NCBI RefSeq assembly: GCF_037042905.1
Contig: NC_087252.1
Coordinates: 21,206,001-21,270,000, forward strand
Direction of reading: 5' to 3'
Length of the DNA stretch: 64,000 bases
From: Lytechinus pictus
Lineage: Eukaryota
This document shows, in pieces, positions 14,188 through 27,600 of the stretch (positions are counted from its first letter, which is position 1; each line of letters opens with the position of its first letter). Made by a program: the position numbers and the translations under genes. The notes under the pieces are model-generated. The model was given only the letters and a program-made list of their open reading frames with translations, was not told the DNA's origin and made no database searches.

Positions 14188-16021
14188 TATATATCATGAT
14201 AATGTTAGCCAAACGTTTTTTTTTTTTTTTTTTTTATACTGAAATATATTGTCTCGTGATTATCAAGTAAATAGATTACATTACATAACCTTAAACAATT
14301 ATATCTTTAAGATTTTATTAAAACGCCTGTTGCATACAAGGAAACTTAAAGTACTATCAAAAACGAAAATATTGATTTTTTTAATATACATTCATAGCAC
14401 TAGCATACCTATGGGGGGGGGGCAGTCTGCCCCCCTGACGAGTCACAACCCATGCAAGGGACGTATCCCTGCCCCCCCCCCCCTGACGAATCATGACTGA
14501 TCCGTGACGAGCCACTACTATGAGCTTGAACTATTAACTTTTTTCTTTTTGCTTGTCAATTTTTTTCTGGTGCGAAATGTCTTTTACATGCGGTTGAAGA
14601 CCTTTTTTTTTTGGCTTGTCAAATTTTTGGGCTGACGAATTTGCCCCCCCCCCCTCTGGAAAATCCTAGGTACGCTACTGATTCAGAGTATTTTTTAAAT
14701 CTAAAATTATATTAAATTCACTAGAGCAGTAAACTATAGTAATGTTATGAAAACGTTATTAAAAATATAGAGAAAACACTTTAAAGATTATTTAGAAATG
14801 TCATATATATTCTTGGGCTCGGGTCTCATCTATCAAATGAAAGTAAAAATTTTGACATAATGTTACATATGTGTGAGCACTCTCCATTAATAGGTAAAGC
14901 TTGCAGAAATGCCCATCTTTCAAGGTGTGTCAACGAAGAGCGGCGAAAACAAACTGACCGAGTGGTTTATCTCTCACATTTTTCTCTTTGCATTTTTCAT
15001 GCAATTATAATAAAACACACATTTGAACATTCTGCAACAAAAAACACCCAATTAACATTTTAACCCGAGGTAAGCACAACCATTACCTTGTTTTGTGCCA
15101 GCTGGATCTGAGGACATATTTCTGAATGTAAACAAAAGTTTATTTGTGACATTTCCAGCATCTTTTTACTTATTTAAATAGAGTTTACATTTCATATTTC
15201 ATTTTAATACTCGTTTCTCCACACCTTTCCCAAGCATGACAATGATAAAAACAGAAAGAAAACCAGGCCTAAGCCATTTCATGTGGATCGCTGCTTTGTG
15301 TAAATCAGATATCAACACGATGGCCTCGGTGTGTGGGGATAGGGGAAGGGGGGGGGGGGTCGATTGGCGTTCGATGAAGTGTTTTGGGCAAGGTAAAAGA
15401 TACCTTCAAATTCATTTTTCTTAGCCAAAGTCCATGTGCTCTTCATGAATAACGTTTACTTATTTTCCAAATATTTTTTCCGATTTCTGCGCAAATCATT
15501 TTTCACAAACTCTTCAAAAGTGAGTGGTGATCACTCAAACGAAAGGATTTCCAACAGTTATATCGTCATTCGATTAAAGAGACCTCTACTAATGTATAAA
15601 TGTGGAAAGAGCTTGAGGATATTACAAATATATTATTTTATAGTATTATTTCTAAGTGTAAACTTTACTTTGATACGCAATGTATATTTGCATTACAACT
15701 TTCTCGAACTTGAATCCCCCCAAAAAAAAGTAGAATTAATACTGATTCCTTTCAATTTTATGTTATTATTTCATGTTTAAATAGTAAAGTAAAAAAAAAC
15801 ATCGATTCAATGTATAATTGCACGAAAACGGGAATGCACAATTATTATATTTTTTCTTTGTTTAATGTGGAGAGGCATGCTAAAAATTGATATTGTGTAC
15901 GGTCAGTATTCCATTAAAAAGTACGTATTTCAAAGCTGATTCTTAATATTTTCGTTAAAAAAATTCTCACATTATAAAATAACCACATAATATATATCGC
16001 GAAATTAGAGGCATTACCTAC

Positions 16022-16174
16022 CATGCACACAGAATGTTTCGTTTGTTTGATTTTTGCCAGCACAAGTACGTTCCGTCCATCTCCCAAATTGAAGCTCTTT
16101 TGGACTTTCGCAGTGGTTGTTTTCTGGTGGGTTACAAACTGTTCCCTCGCATTTGCTCAAGGCCCTACAATTAA
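16022..16174 (-). CDS. Cys-rich exon of the same gene
   Basis: Acceptor tttattcctcttacAG, donor GTAGGT; 153 nt, phase 1-1, open frame VNCRALSKCEGTVCNPPENNHCESPKELQFGRWTERTCAGKNQTNETFCVH. Confidence 0.6.
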
Positions 16175-16849
16175 CTGTAAGAGGAATAAAAATAAGTCAT
16201 GAATATGAGAAGACTCTTCATGAATATGAGGGGACCCGTCCAAAATTAAGTTTATTTATTTATCATTTATCTATTATTGTTTATTTTTAATCATTTATTT
16301 GATTGATTTATCTATATATATTTTTTTGGGGGGTGGAGGTTAATACTAGGGTCCAAACAATAAATCGAATGGTTGAAATGAATTAATATTATACAATTGC
16401 ATTTTTTCGACAATACAATTATCATCACTATATTTTATCATATTAAAATAATTGAAATCTGTTTTGTAACATATTCTCTAAATATAAATAACAAATAATA
16501 GGAATGTTTAAAATAACAATAATGATAATAATACACTGGATTTAAAAAGCGTCTTTTCCATTTTGATTATGCGCAAGGCGCTTATTTATGCTTGCTCCCT
16601 GTATAGGGCTATTTTGAATAATTAGATATAACTACTATTTACTATTTCATTTCACGGTTTATAAGTATACATAATTGATTATATCAATCTCCCGAATGTT
16701 TTAACGAGGAAGTTTTACAATAAACCCATATGCAAAAACTACTACACGAAACAATGATAGCCGATCTGCGTCTTGCAACAAAAAGTATGAATTTGTTTGC
16801 AAACTCAATTCAGTATGAATATAAATCGTGATGTAAACAGGACTCCTTA

Positions 16850-17042
16850 TAATAATGATAATAATAATAATAATAATAATAGCTGGATTTATAAGGCGCT
16901 TTTTGCCAGAGGACACAAAGCGCTGCTATTATTACCCCGGCTTTAGCTCGAGCTACCATCACCGGCGCTCAGTGCATGCAAGGAATTACTCCTACCGGGT
17001 ACCCATTCACCTCACCTGGGTCGAGTGCAGCACAGTGTGGAT
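16850..17042 (-). mobile_element. 5'-truncated SINE with (TAT)n tail
   Basis: Minus strand has cacactgtgctgcactcgacccaggtgaggtgaatgggtacc core-like motif, L2-type 3' end aaagcgccttataaatccagc and a (tat)n tail. Confidence 0.6.
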
Positions 17043-17873
17043 ACATGTCATGGATACATGTTATACATATCGTATGGTATCTATCGGTAATACTGTAAAT
17101 AACTATATCAACAATTTGCTTGAATAGATTTATACTGCGATTAGATTTATGATTAGTTTTAAATTGTCAACCTTATATTATTTTAGATTATGATTATTCA
17201 GGAACTGATCGACGTTATAGAACTAAACTGGTTGTACAAATTAATGTACAATATTTCTATTGTCGTTAACCGAATTAATCGAGTTGAAGCAGAAGAAGCT
17301 CAAAAGTACAGGTATATGTAATAAAGCCATGTTACACACTTGAAATAGGCATCAGATCATGGCCCTGCGAAGCTGGGGGTGCTACGTCTATTATTTTACA
17401 TAAGCAGCGACCCTGGACCCTGGAAATTAAAGTATGCATGCGAAGTGGCATAAATGTAACCAAATCGAACTACGTTTTTTTACGCAAACCTTTTTTTTGC
17501 TTGTCAAATTGTTCCTGGAACAAAATCACTTTCTTTTTGTAGCGAAACCTGTTTTTGTTGTCAAATTTAAACTACCCCCCCCCCCCTGTAAAAAAATAAT
17601 TCCCATGGTCATCTAATTACATAACACAAGCAATCTGACAATAATTTACAAATGTATTGCTGAAACTAAAAATATTGCCCTTTGACGAACGACGAACTAA
17701 AAAGAAAATTAATAAAAAGGTTAGATTAGGTTTTTGTTGTTCCTTGGATTTTTTTTGCACAACCTTCTTTTCTTGTCAAATTTAAACCAGCATGTAAAAA
17801 AAAAGAAAAAAAAAAGAAAAGATCGACATTGCATGTTTAATCCATAAATAACTAAAAAAAATTAATTACTAAC

Positions 17874-17934
17874 CTGTTCTCATTATGACCAAAATCACAA
17901 CGAACTCGATGATGTATGGCAACACAGAGGCCAT
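17874..17934 (-). CDS. First coding exon (signal peptide) of a multi-exon Ig/FN3 surface-protein gene
   Basis: Minus strand reads ATG...MASVLPYIIEFVVILVIMRT+G then donor GTTAGT; 61 nt, phase 1; hydrophobic leader. Confidence 0.6.
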
Positions 17935-18079
17935 TATGATTACCTAATTTTTTAAAATCACAAGCAGAAAATGATTGAAATTAGTTTCCTTTGTCGGGCC
18001 TGCCTAATGATCCGATCAGTTAAATTGAGAATGGTGTACGTAATCAAGTCAATCAACTTGACCTATAAACCTATCATGA

Positions 18080-19690
18080 CAGTCTAGCAGCCTCGACCAA
18101 CACCAAAGTCAATGGGTGAACAATAGACTGATTGAACTGATCGACTGAAAAAATGCAATTTTTGCCTGAAGAAATATCACGAAACACCGCAGTTATTATT
18201 TCATGACTGTGCGCTATTGGCTGACAGGTACTTTCGGTTCGTTTGACTTATGAAGTTAGGCCACGCCAACACAAATATCCATTGAGCATGTTGGGCACTG
18301 ACTTTCCGTCTGTTACTTCCGAGCTAAGAGAATTGATGAGCAGTGATTTTATTGTTTACATTTTCTGCAGAAGTCTTACAATGAGTGACATAGGCCTGCC
18401 TACATGTATAAAAAGCATTGTTATTTCATGAAAGCTCCCAGAAATAATTTTTAAAAAATTTGAAGTAAATTTGGGAATTTAAGCTCCAAGGAACTCTAGC
18501 GTATAGTTAATCTTTTGTCATATACCCACCAGCATTGATATAAAAATAGGGAATATATCATGAAATTTGATGGAAAAGTGATTAATCGTAATGACATGCA
18601 GTCTATAGCAGCCTCAACCAACACGAAAGTCAATGGGTGGACACTTTGAAAAGACTAAATGAACTGATCGAATGACAATACGCAATTTGAGCCAAAAGAA
18701 ATTTGATGAAACATCGCAGTTATTATTTCATGACTGTGATAATTGCGCTATATAGGTTCATTTTAGGCTGTTGGCTTCTTTCGGTTCGTTTGTCTTAATA
18801 TGAAGTTAGGCCACGCCCACAAAAATATTTTATTGAGCGTTTATTTCTAAAAGGCGTTGACTTCCCGTCTATTACTTCCGAGCTAAAAGGATTAATGAGC
18901 AATGATTTTATTATTATTATTTTACATTTTCTGCAGACGTCTTGCATTGATTGATATACATGTATAAAAAGCATTGTTTTTCATTAATGCTCCCAGAAAT
19001 AATGATTAGAAAATGAGTTTCATTTGGGAATTTAAGCTCCAAGGCACTCTAGCGTACAGTGGATTACAGTCACCCACCAGCATTGGTATAATTTAATAGA
19101 AAAAAAGGAATATATCATGAAATTTGATGGAAAAGGTGATGAATGTCGAGGCAGCTAGACTGTCATTACGTAATGACATTCTAGCAGCCTCGACCAACAC
19201 GAAAGTCAATGGGTGGACACTCTGAGAAGACTGAATGAACTGATTGAATGGCAATACGCAATTTGAGCCAAAAGAAATATCATGAAACATCGCAGTTATT
19301 ATCATGACTGTGATAATTGCGCTGGGATACTTTCGGTTCGGCGTTTGTTTAATGAAGTTAGGCCACGCCCACACAAATATTTTATTGAGCGTTTATTTAT
19401 AAAAGGAGCTGACTTTCCGTCTATTACTTCCGAGGTAAAAAATGATGAGTGGGTAGTGGTTTTATTTTTAACATTTTCTGCAGAAGTCTTACGACTACTG
19501 GTATATAAACAGCGTTATTTATTTTATGAATGTTCCCCAAAAATAATAATTAGAATAATTAGTTTGATTTTGAATTGGGAAGTAGGCCTAGCAAGCTCCA
19601 GGGAACTCTAGCGTACAGTGGATTTTCTGTCATAGACCCACTAGCATTGATATATTAGAAAAAGGGAATGTCGTAAAATTCGATTGAAAA
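18080..19690. repeat. Three diverged ~550-bp tandem repeats immediately upstream of the first exon
   Basis: agcagcctc(g/a)accaacac..aaagtcaatgggtg recurs at ~18085, ~18607 and ~19183; each unit carries gaagttaggccacgcc. Confidence 0.85.
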
Positions 19691-19784
19691 AAAAAATGAT
19701 GACAATTCGATCTATATTAATAGACAAAAGCGGGAAATATTCTTGTTAAAATGTTGTTGCATTAATCCAGAATATATATACATA

Positions 19785-20177
19785 TATATTGTGAAAGAAA
19801 TGAATGAAGAGAACAATGGTAGGCGTAGCTTCAAATCAAGGTTCCCGATAGCTATCTGCCCTTTGCAAAAATTGGTGATGCCGAAAAAATGTCTCTACCG
19901 GGAATCGAACCCGGGCCCCCAGCTTTGAACGCCGGTGCCTTAACCACTAGACCACACAGCCGGGTTAGTGGCTAGGGCGACCCTGATCCGATTGACCGTC
20001 AGATAAACAGATTTTCGACACCACCAATCAACTTTCCTCTGTCGGGTGTAGGTGAGTATTGAACAATGAACATTTTTGGCATCACCAATTTTTCCAAAGG
20101 GCAGATAGCTATGGGGAAACTTGATTTGAAGCTACGCCTACCATTGTTTACTTCATTCATTTCTTTCACAACATATT
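19785..20177. mobile_element. TIR element (~100-bp arms) enclosing a tRNA-like sequence
   Basis: 19785-19891 is inverted relative to 20070-20177; minus-strand cloverleaf-like sequence at ~19890-19961 with TGGTCTAGTGG and GGTTCGATTCC boxes. Confidence 0.7.
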
Positions 20178-20956
20178 TAAATACAAAGAGTTGCCAAAAC
20201 TGTTGTACATTTATAATGTCTCACATTTGTATAATTTGTCCCATACATGTACTGTATCTAAGCAATAGCTTTGATCCAGCTGAGGCATGGCGGCTTGTCA
20301 TTGTTCAATACTCACCTCGAGATTTAGACCTGCTGAACAAGACTCTCTTTCAAGTTTTGTAAATCATGAAAAGGATGGGTAATTGGAGATCTTCCTTACA
20401 TTAATGTATCTTAACACGAGAGCGTAAGAAATTGAAAGCCTATGTTAAACAAAAGAAATACATAATTCAATCAACTATTTTACATGCATAATACATTTTT
20501 GATAAAATAATGTGCGAAATGTGTAATGTTCACGCTCTTCAATCCAGATAGATATGGGGAACCTTGATTGAAGCTACGCCTACACTTGTCCTCTTCATTC
20601 ATTTCTTTCACAACATATTTAAAACAAAGAGTTGCCAAAGTTATAATGATAAAAGAAGGTGGTTACATTACCCGTTACAACGATATGAAAATAATTTTGA
20701 CTATGATATGAACTCATATTTCCGAACCAATTTCATAAAAAAAAAGAATGCACAGGTCCATGCTCTCAATGCTATACAGTATCGACGGGCGTACTCTGGT
20801 ATTCACAACGTCGAATAGGCGGCCTTGAGCCTCAAGTGTGCTGCATATTATAAGAATTATACATCTACACCCTAAAAAGGGCTGCAAAATATTCACTATA
20901 TGTATATTGATTTAATATCGTATTCATCAACCAATTATGCAAACCATCAATATCAT

Positions 20957-22087
20957 CTACATAATATTTTCGTAATCTTCATCAATGACCACCATAGGCC
21001 GATTCCGGGATCCCAAACCTTCTTCATCTGAACCGGGTGCCTTCGCTGGAAAGTTGAGTCCAGTATAAAGAGAAATGCCACCACGAGGTTCATCAAGAGA
21101 TTCATAATTAGAATCAACGCCTTGCCCTGTCGGATCTTCCTTACCAGTACCTTTTGACATTCCACCTTTAAGGCCTTGAACTTGCAATCTGTTTCGTATT
21201 TGCTTCAATGTTCAATGTTGATCACTGTGAGAACTACTACCAAGATGTAACCAATGATAGCGATGATCAGGGTTGGAGAAAGTTGAACTGACGAGGAAAA
21301 TAGAACAGATGTAGAATCTAGAAGATCATTGGGCTACGTGGTACGAGATGCTTGAATCGCAACTTGAACAGATGTAGACCTTGTGGTGTCCCTAGTAGAA
21401 TGTTCTGGTCCCATGGTTTTGGGGTTTGTTATGTCATCTGGTGCGCTACCGTCTGTTTGAATACCTGGAATGACACATAGTATTCTTCCTTGAGATCCAA
21501 TGCCGTATGGATTAAACTCAACCTTGAAATCATCATACCGTATAGTTGTATTGAAACTCAGAACATCCCTGATGATTTCCCCGCTCCGTGTCTCATTATT
21601 TATTGTAACGTTTAGTTGAATCTGTTCGCTTGAATTGAAATTTTGAAGGTTGCAGTTCACATTCATCATTGACGACGGCAAGGATTTAGCAAAACATGGT
21701 GAACAGGCTATTACTTGCACGTCGTATTCCCCGGTATAAGGTACAAATATTTCACACGACATTTCAATCATGCAGCGATATATTGCGGATGACACTTGCG
21801 TTGTAAATATGCAAGTTACTAGTAAGTTGATTCCTTGATATTTCATTTATTATCACGTAAGATGGACCTTCAACCGATTGAAAGAACACGGGGATGCCAT
21901 CTTTGTACCACGCGCGAGAAGGTCTGCAGATGTGACGGTAATGAAACTTGCAAACTAAAGTAATATTATCTTCTGGGTTGGCAACGATTGTGTCTGAAAT
22001 AACAGTACTAGCCTCAGTGGAGAAAATTCACAAAATAAAGTATACTGCCACAAAAAATACCACGTTTGCGGTGTTTCTCAAATTCAT
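20957..22087 (-). pseudogene. Ig-V-like/TM/Tyr-motif receptor paralogue 1 (disrupted)
   Basis: Homologous to 47376-48341; stop or frameshift in the leader, further frameshifts, TAG at 21334; retains LVCKF..WYKDG, YRC, SNYESL, SLYTGL, EDYENI. Confidence 0.85.
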
Positions 22088-23589
22088 CACGACCAAACCC
22101 AACAAGTTTTACAAATTACATTCAGGATACACTTGCCCTATTTTAAATAGATATTTTTTTGTTAAGCCAATAGAAACGCTATATTTTTCTGTGAAAGTAT
22201 CAATATTTTGTGCTTCAAATGACTTGGTTATTGAGGCGCATACAGTCATTACTGCTATTGGGGAGGAGAAGGACAAGCCTATGTCTTATGTATCGATATA
22301 ACCATAAAAGGAATTTTGAAAAGAAAATAAGCACATGCTTGATAGTCGAAGAAGCCTTGTATAGAGGAAGAGAGGGGGGAGGGGTTGATCCATGCATCCC
22401 CATGCACTAATATTCATGTGTTTATGTCATTTTATATAGTTCTTTTGCTTGTTAAATTTCAATTCAAAGTTAAGAGTACTTTGGCCACGCTTGATGTAAA
22501 GAAAATAGTGTCAGTTTGGTTAATTCTAATTCCTTATCTTCCATACAGCGATTATTGATACCATTTCAAAAACATTAAGCAAATATATTTTCTTAATATG
22601 CAAAGTTCATTTTTATCATATACTCTTGCATGATATCATACCTAATATTCCAAGCTCTTACCTACCTATTGGAGGAAAGTGATGTTTATTGTGCATATCA
22701 TATAAGCATGATTGATGTGTCAGCCATGTCTTGTTTTCATGTGTAACTTTCAAAGTGTGAATTTTGTTTGGAAGATTTAAAAGACTTTTGTATTTTGCAT
22801 AATACTAAAAATAGAAATGTACCTTTTCAAGTGTAATTTTTAAAGTATGAACTATAGAAAGATTAAACATACTATTTTTTTTTAAATTAAATTGAAACTG
22901 GAATTGTTCAAACTTTCTGTGTGTAATTGTCGGTGTGAATCTTTATTCTACAATTTTCAAGTCCATTTTAATAGGATTGAATTGAATATCAAAATATACA
23001 AATTAATTTCGTTGGAAAATTAGAAGACGTTTTGTAACACTGTATGTGAATCGAGGATCTTTCAGAAACAAAAAGTACAAAATTTTGCAGTGTACACTAT
23101 CAATAGAACGATTACTAGGAAAGAAGAACGCCCAGAAATTTACGAAACAAAAATAGCAAGCTTTACAATGAAAAGAGATAATATCAAAGAAGAGTTCATT
23201 TTAATTTTAAAAAGCTTTGTTTAAGAAAACATATCGTATTGATAGGAAGAGGCAAAAGGGGATGTACAGAAAAAGAAACTGGGGAGTGACAAAGACAGAA
23301 AGACATTATTTAGGTGTGACACCTAAATTATTTAGGAGTGACACCTAAATCATTTAGGTGTCACATGTGGACATTAGCTAAAATGGCATTGAGAGTAGAG
23401 GCAATTCACCCCCCCCCCACACACACACAAACAAATTCTACTCCTGGCGAATCGAGGCTTTCATTCTCACCACAAGAAATACCCAAGCCGTATAAAAGCG
23501 ACGACCTACGCAATGGCATTTGAATTTTCCTTTAATTTCTTATTTTACGTCGTTACCATGACACAGTGTCTGACGAACTCGATTTTTTC

Positions 23590-24090
23590 TACACTGTGAT
23601 CCATATTGTGAACACACAGTGATGTACACTTTGATATACACTGTAAACACTCTGTGATCTACACTGTGAATACACTGTGATCTACACAGTGAACACACTG
23701 TGATCTACACTGTGAACACATTGGGATCTACACTGTGAACACACTGTGATCTACTTTGTGAACACACTGTGATCTACACTGTGAATACACTGTGATCTAC
23801 ACAGTTAACACACTGTGATCTACACTGTGAACACACTGTGATCTACACTGTGAACACACTGTGATCTACACTGTGAACACACTATGATCTACACTGTGAA
23901 CACACTATGATCTACACTGTGAAAAACTGTGATCTACACTGTGAAAAAACTGTGAACACACTGCGATCTACACTGTGAATACACTGTGATCTACACGGTG
24001 AACACACCGTGAACTATACTGTGCACACACCGTGATCTACATTGTGAACACACTGTGATCTACACTGTGATCTACACTGTGGACACACTG
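23590..24090. repeat. 23-bp minisatellite (gatctacactgtgaacacactgt)n
   Basis: Directly visible; paralogous array at 33350-33715. Confidence 0.9.
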
Positions 24091-24692
24091 TTACCCACAT
24101 TGTGAAAACAATGTTCGGTTTCTTTCTCTCTCGATGCCCTTTCCCTTCTTTTCCATGTATCTTTCAATTCTTATCCCCATCTCTTTTACTTTTCACCTTC
24201 CTTTCCATTTTTTTTATCTTGTTAAGTTTTCTTTGCCTTTCTCTTAACTTTGTTTCCACGCTCCTTTCCATTGTTTTCAACTTCCTCTTTCTTTATATAT
24301 TTTCCTTTCCTTTCTTTGCTCTTCTCTCCCCTCCCCTTTCTTTTTCTCGTCTTTCCTTCTTTTCATCTCTTTTACCCTTTTTCACTTTCCTTTCTTTCAT
24401 TTTTATTCAGTTATACCCTTGATTTCATTTCCATTTCTCTTTCCGTACAACTACCTTCCTTCCCCCTCCTTTTATATCTCATTTTCTCATTTTTTTCCTC
24501 GGGGAAGGGTACTGCTCCAGCTCCCCCTCCAACTGTTCTAACGTCCTCCATGTTTACACATCGTCTGATAATTTGAGGTATATAAAATAATACTCGTTTT
24601 TGTTGCGAATTCTTGATGTTAATTTTGAAATACCCCCACACACACACACACACACACTCACTTTTAAAATCTTAATAGAAAAAACACATTGT

Positions 24693-27600
24693 AATCTGCT
24701 TGCTTCTTGCCAAATGAGACTGAGTTTTTTGTTTGTTTATTTGTTGTTTTAAACTCGTATTGACTCTTCAATTGTATTTATTCGAATATACTTGAACATT
24801 TTGATATAAATTGTTCTACAAAATAATATTTTGAACAGATCCCCGGTGGTTTGGTTTGGTTTTGGTTGCTTTTTTACCTCCCAACTATAATTGTATGTGT
24901 GTTAACTCATTTCTATTTGTTGTTTGTTTTGTTATTTTTATGCTGTTTTAACTTACATGCCTGACTGCATTTTATATCAACAATGTTTACAAGATATTGA
25001 TTTTAATATCGAGGATCAATGAATTGTTGTCTCCAATTGATGGTAGTGATTCTTTTAATGGCCCCAATCAAAATTATTATTTGCCAAATGAATTCAACAC
25101 ATGTCTAAAAGATTGTGAGTCTTTTATTAATTTCAAAAATAGATTTTCATGTTTGCATATAAATAGCAGAAGTTTAAAGAAAAACATTGATGGTTTAACA
25201 TCGTTTTTAAATTGCATTGATTTAGACTTTTGTGCTATTGGTATCACCGAAACTTGGCTTAAACAAAATGATTCTGATTATAAAATTGACGGTTATTCAT
25301 TTATAGGTCTTTCCCGCACAGGACGTAGAGGGGGTGGTGTGGGAGCTTTTATTCGAAATGATTTTAACTTTGTACATAGAAATGAATATAATATTTTTTC
25401 TGAATCTATTGAATGTATTTGTATAGAAATGAAGTCTTGCCCAAAAAATATTTTATTCAATGTTATTTATAGACCTCCAAATTCATCATTTCCTAATTTT
25501 ATCGAATCCTTGAATATTCTTTTAGGAAATGTAAATAGTGAAAATAAATTATTATATTTTATTGGAGATTTTAATCTTAATTTGTATAATGCCGATTCTT
25601 GCTCAAATGTTAGTGATTTTTTGGATGCTTTTATGACTAAGTCTCTTTATCCCACTATTCATTATCCAACCAGAGTTACGGATCAATCTGTAACGTTGAT
25701 TGATAATATCTTCACTAATGATTTAAATGATGTGTCATGTGGAATTTTCCTTGTTGATGTTAGCGACCATTTCCCCATATTTTGTATACACTCAAAGGTT
25801 ATTATACCTAATAAAAAAATCAAATTAACTAAACGTGTCGTTAATGATCATAATATTCTTGATTTCACAAATAAATTGGAGAATGTCGTCTGGCACACAG
25901 TTGATGAGGATCCAAATACTAGTTATAATAATTTTTTGCATCAATTTATGCAAGTCTATATTGAATGTTTTCCAAAGGTCGAAATGAAAAACAAATCTAG
26001 GAAAGATAAGCCATGGTTCAATCTAGACTTGCGCAAAATGTGTCATAAAAAGTTTCTATTATATAAAAAATATATTAGAAATCCAACGGAGTATAGAGAA
26101 CGAACGTATAAATCATTCCGTAATAAAGTTAATAGTGAAATAAAACGTGTTAAAAGGGAGTATTTTGAAAATCAATTTTTTGAAGTAAAGGCGAATTTAA
26201 AAAGAACTTGGAAAATTATTAACAAAGCTCTGGGTAATAAAAGAAATATAAACATTATTGAAAATATCAATGTTCATGATGAAATTATTACTGACGATTT
26301 CATAAAAGCACAAACATTTAATAAATATTTTATTGAGATTGGCTCCTCATTAACTAATAATATACAGTGCAATACCTCTGGCATTAATTTTACACAGTAC
26401 TTAAAACGAAATATTCATACTGCATTTTTTAATCCCATCACCCCCGGCGAAATAGTAAAAATCACTTCTAGCTTTGATAATCAGTCTAGTGCAGGTTTTG
26501 ATGAAATAAATATTTCAATTGTTAAAAAAGTTATACATATCATCTGCTATCCTCTGTGCAATATATTTAACTCTGTTTTATCTATTGGTGTTTTTCCGGA
26601 TCAATTAAAGATTGGCAAAGTTGTTCCGGTTTTTAAAAATGGATCTCCGGCTGTTTCAAACTATAGACCTATATCTGTGTTACCTGTTTTCTCAAAAATG
26701 CTTGAAAAATGTATATACAATCGCCTCTTATATTTTCTGGATAAATATGACATTATTGTTAAATCCCAGTATGGATTCCGTCCCGGACACTCCACATCCT
26801 CTGCATTAGCTGATTTAGTTTGTAAAGTCTCAACTGCTTTTAATTATAAAGAAATATTATTTGGATTATTTTTGGATTTGAGTAAGGCATTTGACACTTT
26901 AGATCATAATATTCTTTTATATAAGTTACGAAATTATGGTATTCGTGGTGTCCTCTTAGATTTATTTGAAAGTTATTTATTTAATCGTAAACAATATGTT
27001 TTTATTAATAATGTTAAATCCGAATTAGATACAGTAGGATGCGGAGTGCCTCAGGGGTCCATCCTGGGACCTTTATTATTTCTTATTTATATAAATGATG
27101 TATGCAATATTTCTGAGAAATTACATTTTATCTTGTATGCTGATGATACAAGTGTTTTTATGTCTGACACAAATATTAACAGTTTAATGGTTAACTTCAA
27201 TAATGAGTTGTGCAAACTATCTCAGTGGCTTGTTGTAAATAGATTGATTTTAAATGTAAATAAAACTCAATGTATGATATTCACCAATAAGAAAATTAAT
27301 TACAATAACATTATTATTGAAATGAATGGTACTAAAATAAATGTTGCTACGTCTATCAATTTTCTTGGGGTGATTGTGAATAATAAACTGTTATGGCATG
27401 AGCACATCAATCAAGTTTGTAACAAAGTTTCAAAATGCATTGGCGTACTTTATAGGTTAAAGCATTTCCCACGTAAAGTTTTATTGATGATTTACAATGC
27501 TATAATTTCACCTCATTTAAACTATTGCAATATTGTATGGGCCAATTCTAGAAATTATTCAATGATGAGATTATTCTTATTACAAAAGAAAGCCATAAGA

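Noticed and set aside
14781..15672. Possible degenerate TTAA-type transposon
   Set aside because: Termini too decayed to define TIRs or a TSD confidently
19890..19961. Functional tRNA-Sec or opal suppressor tRNA
   Set aside because: Mispaired acceptor stem, no long variable arm, embedded in a repeat
23590..24090. CRISPR-like array
   Set aside because: Contiguous tandem units without unique spacers; eukaryotic context; no cas genes
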